Source: Candidatus Tayloriibacteriota bacterium
GTDB lineage: Bacteria > Patescibacteriota > Minisyncoccia > Phycocordibacterales > SIBU01
NCBI GenBank assembly: GCA_009695005.1
Contig: SIBU01000005.1
Coordinates: 1-48,627 of the forward strand
Direction of reading: 5' to 3'
Length of the DNA stretch: 48,627 nucleotides
Numbering within the stretch: the first letter of the stretch is position 1; each line of letters starts with the position of its first letter. Of this stretch, positions 28,683 to 37,650 are shown piece by piece. The position numbers and the translations under genes are program-made. A model generated the notes under the pieces. The model worked only from the letters and a program-made list of their open reading frames with translations. It was not told where the DNA came from and made no database searches.

Positions 28683-29150
28683 TTATTTCGTACTCAGAGC
28701 TTCTGACTTACCTTCAATGGTCCCTCCGGCCTTTTCAATCTTTGCCTTTGCTGTGGCGGATACGGAACATTTTGAAATTATAAGCTTCTTGGTAATTTCA
28801 CCGGTTGCGAGAATTTTTACAAAAAATTTTCCTCCGGTATTACCTTGAACTAAACCTTTCTCAACAAGAATTTCCGGACTGACAGTATCCCCTGCTGAAA
28901 AGTGCTTTTCAAGCATATCCACATTAACAGGAGAAGCCTTGATCTGGAAAGAACGAAAACTGTTTTTGCCGCGTCCGCGAAGTTTCGGGATACGCTTAAT
29001 CATGTCGCGAATTTCTGGACGAATTTTATGACCAGCGCGAGCTGTTTGACCCTTGCCTCCACGTCCGGAAGTTTTACCGCGAGTACCGCCGCGTCCAACT
29101 TGGACACTTTTCTTATTAGGATGAACTCTTTGTAAGTTGTTGATTTGCAT
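28683..29150 (-). CDS. rplO: 50S ribosomal protein L15
   Basis: GRGG..GKTSGRGGKGQTARAG, KIEKAGG. Confidence 0.97.
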   Translation of the reverse strand: MQINNLQRVHPNKKSVQVGRGGTRGKTSGRGGKGQTARAGHKIRPEIRDMIKRIPKLRGRGKNSFRSFQIKASPVNVDMLEKHFSAGDTVSPEILVEKGLVQGNTGGKFFVKILATGEITKKLIISKCSVSATAKAKIEKAGGTIEGKSEALSTK

Positions 29151-29159
29151 AGTGGTAAA

Positions 29160-29810
29160 TTATTTTGTGACGGCTATTTGAGGTACACCCGCAACAGCTA
29201 TTTTTTGTTCAATTTGTCTTAATGCTGGGAATTGACTCAGCGCCTTTACAGCAGCACGGGCAATATTAAGTTTATTCTTGCTTCCCGAAAAAATCTTCCC
29301 GGCGATATCGTGAATACCAGCCAACTCAAATACATCTCGGAGTGCGCTTCCAGCGATAAGACCGCGGCCCTTTGCTGGCATAATCATAATGCGAGCACTA
29401 GAATACTTAACGGAAACCTCGTATGGAATTGATAAATTTTTTGTAAGTGCTATTTTCAAAAGATTCTTTCTAGCATTTTTTGTGGCCTTATCGATAGCCA
29501 AAGAAGTGTCACCGGCCTTGCCTGTGCCAACTCCAACTGAACCCTTGCGATTACCGATAACAATGGCAACACTAAAACTGAATCGGCGTCCACCAGAGGC
29601 AACTCGAGTTACTCTTCGAATATTTAAAATCTTTTGATCGAATTCTGACTTAACTCTCTCCTCTCGTGGTCGTTTTCTGTCAGGGCGAGAACTTCGAAAA
29701 CCTCCTCGTGCCGGTTGAGCATCCTTTGAGGCGCCGACAACAGGAACACTCTTACTTATAACAGTAGCGACTACAGAAGGTACAGATGATTGTTTTGTTT
29801 CGTTTTCCAT
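29160..29810 (-). CDS. rpsE: 30S ribosomal protein S5
   Basis: RVTRVASGGRRFSF, GVGTGKA. Confidence 0.97.
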   Translation of the reverse strand: MENETKQSSVPSVVATVISKSVPVVGASKDAQPARGGFRSSRPDRKRPREERVKSEFDQKILNIRRVTRVASGGRRFSFSVAIVIGNRKGSVGVGTGKAGDTSLAIDKATKNARKNLLKIALTKNLSIPYEVSVKYSSARIMIMPAKGRGLIAGSALRDVFELAGIHDIAGKIFSGSKNKLNIARAAVKALSQFPALRQIEQKIAVAGVPQIAVTK

Positions 29811-29812
29811 AA

Positions 29813-30163
29813 TTAAAATTTAAGACCCCCTTCTCTTGCGCCGTCAGCCATCGCCTTAATACGGCCGGTGTAAACGTAACCACCACGATCAAACACCACC
29901 TTTTGAATTTTCTGCTCTACAGCCTTTTTTGCGATAGCCTTTCCTGTCTCACGTGCAGCCTCAGTCTTATTGGAAGCCTTAATGCCAAGAGAGGAAGCGG
30001 CAACAATGGTCACAGCCTTTTCATCATTGATAAGTTGGGCGTAAATGTAGCCGTTGGACTTGAAAGCCGAAAAACGAGGTATCAATGCAGTACCAGAAAT
30101 ACGAGAACGGATTCTCTTATGTCGTCTTATCCTTTTTTCAATTTTGATTTTGTTTTTATCCAT
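29813..30163 (-). CDS. rplR: 50S ribosomal protein L18
   Basis: FDRGGYVYTGRIKA.ADGAREGGL. Confidence 0.97.
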   Translation of the reverse strand: MDKNKIKIEKRIRRHKRIRSRISGTALIPRFSAFKSNGYIYAQLINDEKAVTIVAASSLGIKASNKTEAARETGKAIAKKAVEQKIQKVVFDRGGYVYTGRIKAMADGAREGGLKF

Positions 30164-30257
30164 GTTTTTAGTTGAAAGTTGTTAGATTAAAGATTTAAGT
30201 TAAGATACGCAATTCTTGATTTTTCTCTTACTTTAATCTTTCAACTTTAATCCTGCT

Positions 30258-30791
30258 CTACGCTGTCTTCTTACCTTGCTTTCTTCTGATAACTTCATCG
30301 TGATATCTGATACCCTTACCTTTGTACGGCTCAGGCTTCTTCAAATCACGAATTTTAGCGGCAAATTGTCCAACCAATTCTGTATTAATTCCGGATATTA
30401 ACAAAGCACCTTTTTCAGCAACAACCTTAAGTCCCTCTGGAATTTTAACTTTTATCTGATGTGAAAAACCTAAGTTTAGCACCACTTCACTACCCTTCAC
30501 TTCGGCCTTAAAACCGATACCTTCAATAATCAATCTTTTCTGAAATGGTGTGGTAACACCTGCAATCATATTTGAAGCATGCGCAGAATAAGTTCCCCAT
30601 AGAGATTTAGACGCGCGGTCATTTTTTTGCAAAGAAACCTTAAGCGATCCATCTACAACTTCAAAGACCACAGCTGTACTGAAATCACGAGTGATTGTTC
30701 CTTGAGAACCTTTCACTGAAAGTGTCTGACCGGCTACTGTTACAGTAACGCCAGCTGGAATAGTTATTGGTTTTTTTCCAATTCGTGACAT
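30258..30791 (-). CDS. rplF: 50S ribosomal protein L6
   Basis: MSRIGKKPI, PEPYKGKGIRY. Confidence 0.97.
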   Translation of the reverse strand: MSRIGKKPITIPAGVTVTVAGQTLSVKGSQGTITRDFSTAVVFEVVDGSLKVSLQKNDRASKSLWGTYSAHASNMIAGVTTPFQKRLIIEGIGFKAEVKGSEVVLNLGFSHQIKVKIPEGLKVVAEKGALLISGINTELVGQFAAKIRDLKKPEPYKGKGIRYHDEVIRRKQGKKTA

Positions 30792-30796
30792 AAATT

Positions 30797-31192
30797 TTAC
30801 CAAATTAAAAACAAAGCTTCCCCACCAACATTCTCCTTGCGGGCTTCTTTATCGGTTAAAACACCCTTTGGTGTTGAAAGAATTAAACTACCAAAACCGC
30901 TCTTGATTGGCTTAACATCATCAATTTTCTTGTAGATTCTTTTTGAAGGCTTGGAAAGTCTTCGGGCACCCTTAAATCTTGGTGAGCCGTCAACAAGAAC
31001 AAGCTTTGCCTCAATTTGCTTGGTAACTTTTTTACCTTTCTTTGGAAGCACCTCAACGTACCCTGCTCTCTCCAAAGCAACGAGGACAGCCAAAACAAAC
31101 TTCGAGTGTTGAAAAACTACCTGCTCCTTGTTTGTAAGAGCGGCATTTTTGATCCGTACGATCATATCTGCAATTATATCTGTTGGTACCAT
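30797..31192 (-). CDS. rpsH: 30S ribosomal protein S8
   Basis: DIIADMIVRIKNA, SKPSKRIY, ILSTPKGV, GGE. Confidence 0.97.
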   Translation of the reverse strand: MVPTDIIADMIVRIKNAALTNKEQVVFQHSKFVLAVLVALERAGYVEVLPKKGKKVTKQIEAKLVLVDGSPRFKGARRLSKPSKRIYKKIDDVKPIKSGFGSLILSTPKGVLTDKEARKENVGGEALFLIW

Positions 31193-31268
31193 TGTTTTGA
31201 TTTTCTTATCTTTACCGCCGCGATTTCGACATTCAAATTATTAAATATCGGAATCGTGGCGAGAATTA

Positions 31269-31454
31269 CTACCATGACGATTTCTTAACTCCTGGAATCA
31301 TACCCTCGTTGGCATACTCTCTAAAACAAATACGGCACAAACCGAAATCTCTCATATATCCATGCTTTCGGCCACATCTAAAACAGCGTCGCACCAATCG
31401 TGTGCTAAATTTTGGTTTCTTCTGTGAACGCGCTATTACTGATGTTTTTGCCAT
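31269..31454 (-). CDS. rpsZ: 30S ribosomal protein S14, zinc-binding type Z
   Basis: 61 aa; CFRCGR...LCRICFR. Confidence 0.96.
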   Translation of the reverse strand: MAKTSVIARSQKKPKFSTRLVRRCFRCGRKHGYMRDFGLCRICFREYANEGMIPGVKKSSW

Positions 31455-31544
31455 ATATATTTACTTTGAACTATATTTTTAGCTTTATTTTAACAAAGGT
31501 CGTCCCTTTAGAAAAAATAAAAGCTCTTCGAAAGCTTGGCCGTA

Positions 31545-31573
31545 ATGCTATCAAAGGCCGAATGTCCTGTCAA
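31545..31573 (-). promoter_or_regulatory. Internal promoter upstream of S14
   Basis: TTGACA-17 nt-TAGCAT with extended TG on the minus strand. Confidence 0.65.
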
Positions 31574-31596
31574 TCAAAAAACAAAGCAACTAAAGG

Positions 31597-32154
31597 TTAC
31601 TTTTTATCTTTTCCTACCGAAGCCTTCTTAAAAGGAAAGCCCAAGTGCTCAAAGAAAGCTTGCGCCTCTTTTCTGGATTTAGCGGTAGTAACTACGGTTA
31701 CGCCAATTCCAAAAACGTCCTTAAGTTCCTCATCGATAGTTTCAGGGAAAATAGTATGCTCCTTAAGTCCCAAGCTTATGTTTCCCATGTCATCAATAGA
31801 CGTAGTAGACAAACCTCGAAAGTCCTTTGTTCTTGGTAGAGCAATATTTAAAAGCTTATCCAAAAAACTAAACATCCGAGCTCCACGAAGAGTTACTTGA
31901 GTACCAACAGGGTCATTTTCACGAACCTTGAAAGAAGCGATAGATTTCTTGGCACCCTTAGTGGTGATTTTCTGGCCAGCAATTTTTGAAAGACGATCTT
32001 TAACAATTTCAATTTTTTTCTTATCTTTAAATGAACCTATACCAGAAGACAAGACAATCTTAACAAGCTTCGGTGCCTGCATAACATTGGTATAACTGAA
32101 ATCCTTTTTCAGTAGTTCAAATATTCCTTTTTCTATTTCTTTTACGGTTTTCAT
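31597..32154 (-). CDS. rplE: 50S ribosomal protein L5
   Basis: AKKSIASFKVRE, VTLRG, LPRTKDFRG, IFPE. Confidence 0.97.
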   Translation of the reverse strand: MKTVKEIEKGIFELLKKDFSYTNVMQAPKLVKIVLSSGIGSFKDKKKIEIVKDRLSKIAGQKITTKGAKKSIASFKVRENDPVGTQVTLRGARMFSFLDKLLNIALPRTKDFRGLSTTSIDDMGNISLGLKEHTIFPETIDEELKDVFGIGVTVVTTAKSRKEAQAFFEHLGFPFKKASVGKDKK

Positions 32155-32241
32155 AAATGTAGGGTTAGGGTGGGGAGTTTAGGGTTTAGTCTTTTCCGAA
32201 TCGGAGTAGATACTAGCCTCTCTCTCTTCCCTTCTGTAATC

Positions 32242-32547
32242 TTAAATTTCTTTTCCGCTCCTTCTGCTTATTCTGACAAATCGCTCTCCAACCAACTTCT
32301 TACCAACTCTCACTGCCTTTTTTGTATCCGGATCGGAAACCATCACGTTAGAAATATGAATCGGCATAGCCTTATCGATTATTTGCCCTTTCTCCCCTCC
32401 TTTTCTAGGCTTCTGATGTTTCTTGCGAAGATTAAGACCAGTTACAACAACCATATCCTTCTTTGGAATTGCAAGCGAAACCAAACCGGACTTTCCTTTG
32501 TCCTTACCTGCGATAATTATTACTTTGTCATTCTTTTTAATCTTCAT
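32242..32547 (-). CDS. rplX: 50S ribosomal protein L24
   Basis: KIKKNDKVIIIAGKDKGK, PIHISNV. Confidence 0.97.
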   Translation of the reverse strand: MKIKKNDKVIIIAGKDKGKSGLVSLAIPKKDMVVVTGLNLRKKHQKPRKGGEKGQIIDKAMPIHISNVMVSDPDTKKAVRVGKKLVGERFVRISRRSGKEI

Positions 32548-32561
32548 AAATCGTATGTTAT

Positions 32562-32933
32562 CTATACTATTTCAGGAGCTCTTGATGCAATCGTCTGGAA
32601 ACCAGCCTCACTTATCTCTCGTGGAATTGGACCGAAAACACGTCCAGCGATCGGTTCATTCTTTCCCTTTTCCAGAATCACAACCGCATTCTCGTCAAAG
32701 CGGATATAAGAACCATCCTTGCGCCTGTAAGCCTTTCTCTGTCGTACAACAACGGCATGGAGCACGTCCTTCTTCTTTACTGCCTTGCGTGGCTCAGCCT
32801 TTTGAACAGACAAAACAACAATCTCTCCTAACTCCGCATAGTGCTTCATTGAACCTCCAAGAACCTTGAAAATTCTTCCGATTTTTGCTCCGGAGTTATC
32901 AGCTATATTCACAATGGATCTTGGTTGAATCAT
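32562..32933 (-). CDS. rplN: 50S ribosomal protein L14
   Basis: ADNSGAK, IRFDENAVV, RVFGPI.RE. Confidence 0.98.
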   Translation of the reverse strand: MIQPRSIVNIADNSGAKIGRIFKVLGGSMKHYAELGEIVVLSVQKAEPRKAVKKKDVLHAVVVRQRKAYRRKDGSYIRFDENAVVILEKGKNEPIAGRVFGPIPREISEAGFQTIASRAPEIV

Positions 32934-32950
32934 ATATTTAAATTAAAAAT

Positions 32951-33205
32951 CTATACAACCGTAAAATGCTTATCTTTAGAAATTGGACGACATTCAACAA
33001 TCGAAACAAGCTCTCCTTCTTTTTTGGTATTACCCGCATCATGAGCCTTGAATCGTTTCGTAACCTTAAAATACTTATCGTATTTAGGATGCTTAATAAA
33101 ACGATCAATCGCCACAACGATCGTATCCTTCATCTTAGTAGAAACAACCTTGCCGCGAAGTGGTTTTTTTGATGGCTCTGATTTTGTTACTTTTTTTGGT
33201 TCCAT
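32951..33205 (-). CDS. rpsQ: 30S ribosomal protein S17
   Basis: GKVVSTKMKDTIVV, HPKY, ECRPISK. Confidence 0.97.
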   Translation of the reverse strand: MEPKKVTKSEPSKKPLRGKVVSTKMKDTIVVAIDRFIKHPKYDKYFKVTKRFKAHDAGNTKKEGELVSIVECRPISKDKHFTVV

Positions 33206-33215
33206 ATATTTAAAA

Positions 33216-33401
33216 TTATTTTGTCTTCTGAATATTTAATTCAGTCAAAATCTGAGCAATGGCAGTGCGAATTGCCCGACCGGATTTCACATTTTTTATT
33301 TTGCCACCAGACATAGCAAAACGAAAAACACGAAGCTCTTCTCGCTTATCTGAAAGCACTTTGTTCAACTCATTTTCAGTTTTTCCTTTGAAATCTTTCA
33401 T
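33216..33401 (-). CDS. rpmC: 50S ribosomal protein L29
   Basis: LRVFRF, IRTAIAQILT; canonical position. Confidence 0.93.
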   Translation of the reverse strand: MKDFKGKTENELNKVLSDKREELRVFRFAMSGGKIKNVKSGRAIRTAIAQILTELNIQKTK

Positions 33402-33410
33402 GTTGATAGT

Positions 33411-33836
33411 TTAAAATATCTCGCGACTTACTATCTTAATTTTCACGGGCAATTTAGTACCTGCCTTTCGCAAAGCCTCACGGGCGACAGCCTCAGGAAC
33501 TCCATCAATCTCGAAAATCATTCGCCCTGGTCTAACTTGTACACAGTAACCCTGGATATCACCCTTACCCTTTCCCATGCCTACTTCAGCGGCCTTTTGA
33601 GTAAATGGTCTATCGGGAAAAATACGAATCCAAATTTTACCGCCCTTACCGGCTGAACGTGACAAAACTTTTCGAGCGGCTTCTAATTGCTTTGACTCGA
33701 TACGCTCTGCAGCCATGGCTTTCACACCAAAAGAACCAAAACTTAATTCTGTTCCACGGGTTTCAACCCAAGCACGCTTGGCGTTTCGCCTTGAAGTGTG
33801 CCACTTTCTGTATTTTACTTTCTTTGGTACTAACAT
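33411..33836 (-). CDS. rplP: 50S ribosomal protein L16
   Basis: PKKVKYRK, IWIRIFPD, MGKGKG. Confidence 0.98.
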   Translation of the reverse strand: MLVPKKVKYRKWHTSRRNAKRAWVETRGTELSFGSFGVKAMAAERIESKQLEAARKVLSRSAGKGGKIWIRIFPDRPFTQKAAEVGMGKGKGDIQGYCVQVRPGRMIFEIDGVPEAVAREALRKAGTKLPVKIKIVSREIF

Positions 33837-33922
33837 GGTTTTTTACTTAAAACTGACAACCTGCAATCTCTAACAAAATATTCCTTTCGATTTTTTGTTA
33901 GTTGCAAGTCTTATGTCGTTGG

Positions 33923-34588
33923 TTATTTTTTATCTTTATCAAAAACATCGCCCTTATACACCCAAACCTTAATTCCGATATCGCCGTAGGTCATATGAGC
34001 CTTATCACGTGCAAAATCGATATCAGCGCGGAATGTTTGCAATGGAATTCTCCCTCTCTTGAGTTCCTCTGAACGTGCCATGTCGGCTCCTCCCAAACGA
34101 CCTCCAAGATAAATCTTCACTCCCTTAACGTCCCTGTTGGCCATAACCTTTTCAATGGTCTGCTTCATAACACGTCGGAAAGGCATACGCTTCTCCAAAC
34201 CTTCCGCCACCATCTGACAAACAATCGCGGAGTTAGACTCTGGTGAACGAACTTCCTCGATGTCGAGTTTAAGTTCTTGAGTCATTGGAACTTTTTCCTT
34301 ATTCAAAAGTTTTACTATTCCTGTCTTAAGTTTAGTTGCACCTTCGCCAACTTTGCCGATAATCATACCCGGTCTTGAAGTTTTAATGACAATTCTGTAG
34401 GTCTTCTGACTTCTCTCCAATTCAACACCAGCAACATACATGCCACGAAGTTTTTTATCCAAAAATTCTCGTACCAAAATATCAGCGCGAAGGAATTCCT
34501 TGTACTTCTTATCCATTGAAAACCAGCGGCTTTTCCAGTCGCGGATAATTCCTAGTCTATGTGAATATGGATGGACAGTGTGAGACAT
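33923..34588 (-). CDS. rpsC: 30S ribosomal protein S3
   Basis: MSHTVHPYSHRLG, RPGMIIG, GRLGGADMAR, GIKVWV. Confidence 0.98.
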   Translation of the reverse strand: MSHTVHPYSHRLGIIRDWKSRWFSMDKKYKEFLRADILVREFLDKKLRGMYVAGVELERSQKTYRIVIKTSRPGMIIGKVGEGATKLKTGIVKLLNKEKVPMTQELKLDIEEVRSPESNSAIVCQMVAEGLEKRMPFRRVMKQTIEKVMANRDVKGVKIYLGGRLGGADMARSEELKRGRIPLQTFRADIDFARDKAHMTYGDIGIKVWVYKGDVFDKDKK

Positions 34589-34598
34589 AAAATTAACT

Positions 34599-35012
34599 TT
34601 ACGACTTACTACCAACAACTGATAAAGGTTTTGATTGCATCTTTTTATTTGACTTCACTGTTGACTGATTATTATCAACCGTTTGTCGTTCATCCAAAAC
34701 AAGCGATACATGGCAAGTTCTTTTTAAAATTGGAAATGCACTTCCTCGAGCTCGGGGCATAGAGCGTTTCAAAGTCGCTCCCGCATCAACGCGAAATTCT
34801 TTAATGAACAAAGTTTTCTCGTCGATACTGTAAGTGTTCTTTGCACTTTGAATGGCTGACTTTATAAGTTTAACCAAAGGAAGAGCGGCTGCTTTTGTGG
34901 TCACTGACAAAATTTCAATGGCCTTTTCCACAGATTTTCCTTTTACCAAATCGCTTACCAACCGAACTTTTCGGGGTGACTGGCGGTAAGTTTTAAGTTG
35001 GGCGGTAATCAT
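34599..35012 (-). CDS. rplV: 50S ribosomal protein L22 with C-terminal extension
   Basis: RQSPRKVRLV, PRARG, KRTCHV. Confidence 0.97.
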   Translation of the reverse strand: MITAQLKTYRQSPRKVRLVSDLVKGKSVEKAIEILSVTTKAAALPLVKLIKSAIQSAKNTYSIDEKTLFIKEFRVDAGATLKRSMPRARGSAFPILKRTCHVSLVLDERQTVDNNQSTVKSNKKMQSKPLSVVGSKS

Positions 35013-35017
35013 AAAAA

Positions 35018-35362
35018 TTATTTTTTAGCGTCCGAGGTGGCGGCTTTAGCTGCTTGAGCGGCGGCGATCTCACCTTCCTTGGCCTTGATTTCTATATCTT
35101 TTTGCATTTTACCTCCGTGCTTAATAAATTTTCGAGTCAAGGAAAATTCGCCCAAACGGTGTCCTACCATATCTTCCTCTACAAGCACTTCTGGAAAACT
35201 CTTGCCGTTATGTACTAAAAATTTAAAACCAACCATCTCAGGGGCAATCTGACAAGCTCTTGACCATGTCTTAATAGGCGCGGATTGTTCCGGTCTTTTG
35301 CCTGCAATCTTTTTCAAGAGTCGCGGGTCTACATATGGTCCTTTTGCGAGTGAACGTGTCAT
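35018..35362 (-). CDS. rpsS: 30S ribosomal protein S19
   Basis: MTRSLAKGPYVD, KTWSR, VHNGK, GHRLGEF. Confidence 0.97.
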   Translation of the reverse strand: MTRSLAKGPYVDPRLLKKIAGKRPEQSAPIKTWSRACQIAPEMVGFKFLVHNGKSFPEVLVEEDMVGHRLGEFSLTRKFIKHGGKMQKDIEIKAKEGEIAAAQAAKAATSDAKK

Positions 35363-35399
35363 TTTTAAATTAAAAAGCCCCGTAAAGAGCGTGGCTACT

Positions 35400-35427
35400 A
35401 TCCTAACAGAATGGCAATAAAAGTCAA
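35400..35427 (-). promoter_or_regulatory. Internal promoter upstream of rpsS
   Basis: TTGACT-16 nt-TAGGAT with extended TG. Confidence 0.6.
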
Positions 35428-35768
35428 ACTCCTTGCGACAACTCCGACCTATCAATTTTCCTCGTGATTTTTCCTCCCCTACAATGCGACAACACATCAA
35501 GATAGAAGACCAAATATTTAGGAGTTATTCTCACCAGTATTCGCCGTTTCGTCCTTGTCCGCAGTACCCGATAGTGCAGTAGTGTTGCACATCCCAGAAA
35601 ATCAACGTCTTACAGTAATTTTTTGACTTAAACTTCTAACCATTACCAACCGTTGCCCTGCTTCGCGGGGCCGACTGCACAGTCGTAAATTATTATATAA
35701 AGAAAATCCCCCTTCACAAATCCAAGAAGGGATTTTTGAAGAGGGATAGAAATCGAAGAAAATAAGGT

Positions 35769-36566
35769 TTAAGGTTTGAGGGAAAGGACAATTGCCTCAC
35801 GAAAAGCCATGTCGTCGGCCTCGTGGCCCGCGTCGTAGTCGCGGAACCACACATCGCCGTAAGTCGGACTGAAGAAGCCGTACGCGACGCGACCGTCGGG
35901 CAATGCGTTTTCCGGAAACCATGTCCGTGTCGGACCCGAGTCAAGAAGCTGCTCCTCAACCCCACGCCAGAGACTGGTACCGATGCCGTAGCCACGGAGG
36001 TGGAGCGGGTGAGTTTGCCTACCCGCAAACCAATGTTTGGCAAACTTAGGCGGAAGGCCCATGGTTGCCGGAGTCGGTGTGATAGAGCGCTCAACAAGAT
36101 ACAAACGTGGGGTGTCGAACGTACCCGAACCGCAGTACTTCATGACGTCCGTGCCTTCGTACACCGATAGCCCTCGCGATTTCAAAGCCTTGTCCACCAT
36201 GTCCCGATTTGTAAAACCAGGGTCAAAGATGGGCAAAACATGTTTCCATGGAAGCCGGGCCGGAAGCGGAAACTTATCACGGAGAATAATTTCCGTACCG
36301 AAGTGCTCCTTCGTGAACCGCTCCATATGATCAAACCACTGTATGCAATCGGTCTCTTCAATCGGGAAGCCTGTCGTTTCAACAGGAACTGCCGTGACAG
36401 GAATAGCCCCAGGAAGCGCGAAGGTCTGTTTTAGCCTTTGGGGAATCTGTGGCCGGTTTTCTCCCCGAAGATAATGTTTGCATTCTTCAGTGCCGGCCGC
36501 CCTAATGTGTGGAACAATCATAGCGAGCAGATCCACTTGCTCTTTCTGCAAGGTTGCCTCGTTCAT
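35769..36566 (-). CDS. Probable DGR variable (target) protein with a CLec-like C-terminus
   Basis: C-terminal LD...TW......DG.V..G.F......VWF.........MAFR.A pattern, NNC-codon-rich 3' end and a downstream hairpin. Visibly more GC-rich than the flanks. Confidence 0.7.
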   Translation of the reverse strand: MNEATLQKEQVDLLAMIVPHIRAAGTEECKHYLRGENRPQIPQRLKQTFALPGAIPVTAVPVETTGFPIEETDCIQWFDHMERFTKEHFGTEIILRDKFPLPARLPWKHVLPIFDPGFTNRDMVDKALKSRGLSVYEGTDVMKYCGSGTFDTPRLYLVERSITPTPATMGLPPKFAKHWFAGRQTHPLHLRGYGIGTSLWRGVEEQLLDSGPTRTWFPENALPDGRVAYGFFSPTYGDVWFRDYDAGHEADDMAFREAIVLSLKP

Positions 36567-36738
36567 AATGAGGATGCCTTTCTTCCTTTTGGCGAGTCGC
36601 GTATACGACTACTTTGTTTATGCCGGGGATTTTTGGCCCCGAGTCTCCTCGAGAGGCAAAAATCCCCGGCCAAATTAATATTTAACCTTGTATTTGAAGG
36701 TACTTTTAGCTACCAATTTTTACCATATTTATAGTCAA

Positions 36739-36777
36739 AAGCAAGGCCGGTTCCGCTTTACGGAACCGGCCTTGCTT
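36739..36777 (-). terminator. Terminator after rplB
   Basis: 17-bp perfect stem AAGCAAGGCCGGTTCCG/CGGAACCGGCCTTGCTT with a 5-nt loop. Confidence 0.8.
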
Positions 36778-36785
36778 GATTAATT

Positions 36786-37640
36786 TTATTGATTACCCTT
36801 TCTTGACTTCCCAACCCTTCTTCTTGAAACAATAAACACGTTTGAGTATTTCTTCGGTGTTCGGGACTTTTGTCCTTTGCCGACATGCTTGCCCCAACGA
36901 GTTTTGGCAAAGCGAAGCCCACGACCTTGTTTACCTTCACCTCCTCCGTATGGGTGGTCAACAGGGTTTTGAGCGCTTGCTCGAACTGTCGGTCGGATAC
37001 CGAGCCATCGTGAACGCCCGGCCTTTCCGATGTTTACCAATCGATTTTCATCATTTGAAACTTCTCCGATTGATGCCCAAGCTGTATCTAAAATCTTTCG
37101 AACCTCAGTTGAAGGCATCTTAATATGAGTATAGCCGGCATCTTGAGCAATCACTTCAGCGTAATTCCCCGCCGAACGGCCAATCTTTGCGCCTCCAAAA
37201 GTTTTTAACTCAACGTTATAAACAAAAGTGTTGATTGGAATTTTTCTGAGTGGCAATCGGTTACCAGGGGTAAGAGGTGCATTTTCGGAAATTATAAATG
37301 AATCACCAACCTTGAGAGATTTCGGTAAAATAACATATCGTCTTTCACCGTCCTTATAACAAACAAGAGCGATAAAAGCAGTCCTATTAGGGTCATACTC
37401 AATGGTTTCAACTACGGCCGGAATATCTCGCTTTTCAAGAGTAAAATCAATTTCACGGAAAAGTCTTTTGTGACCGCCTCCTTTGTGACGTGTCGTCATT
37501 CTTCCACGATTGTTACGTCCTACATGGCGCTTAAAACCGCTGGTCAGAGACTTATGTGGCTCTGAAGCAGTCAGAATATCACCATACGAAATGGTGGTCA
37601 TGTGTCGGCGTGATTTACTTGTTGGTTTGTAGGATTTCAT
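36786..37640 (-). CDS. rplB: 50S ribosomal protein L2
   Basis: GRNNRG, EYDPNR, GKAGRSRWLG, NPVDHPYGGGEG. Confidence 0.98.
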   Translation of the reverse strand: MKSYKPTSKSRRHMTTISYGDILTASEPHKSLTSGFKRHVGRNNRGRMTTRHKGGGHKRLFREIDFTLEKRDIPAVVETIEYDPNRTAFIALVCYKDGERRYVILPKSLKVGDSFIISENAPLTPGNRLPLRKIPINTFVYNVELKTFGGAKIGRSAGNYAEVIAQDAGYTHIKMPSTEVRKILDTAWASIGEVSNDENRLVNIGKAGRSRWLGIRPTVRASAQNPVDHPYGGGEGKQGRGLRFAKTRWGKHVGKGQKSRTPKKYSNVFIVSRRRVGKSRKGNQ

Positions 37641-37650
37641 AAAAAAATTA

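Noticed and set aside
35363-35500. 46-aa N-terminal extension of S19 in the ORF track
   Set aside because: It spans the predicted promoter; the conserved S19 start is MTRS at 35362.
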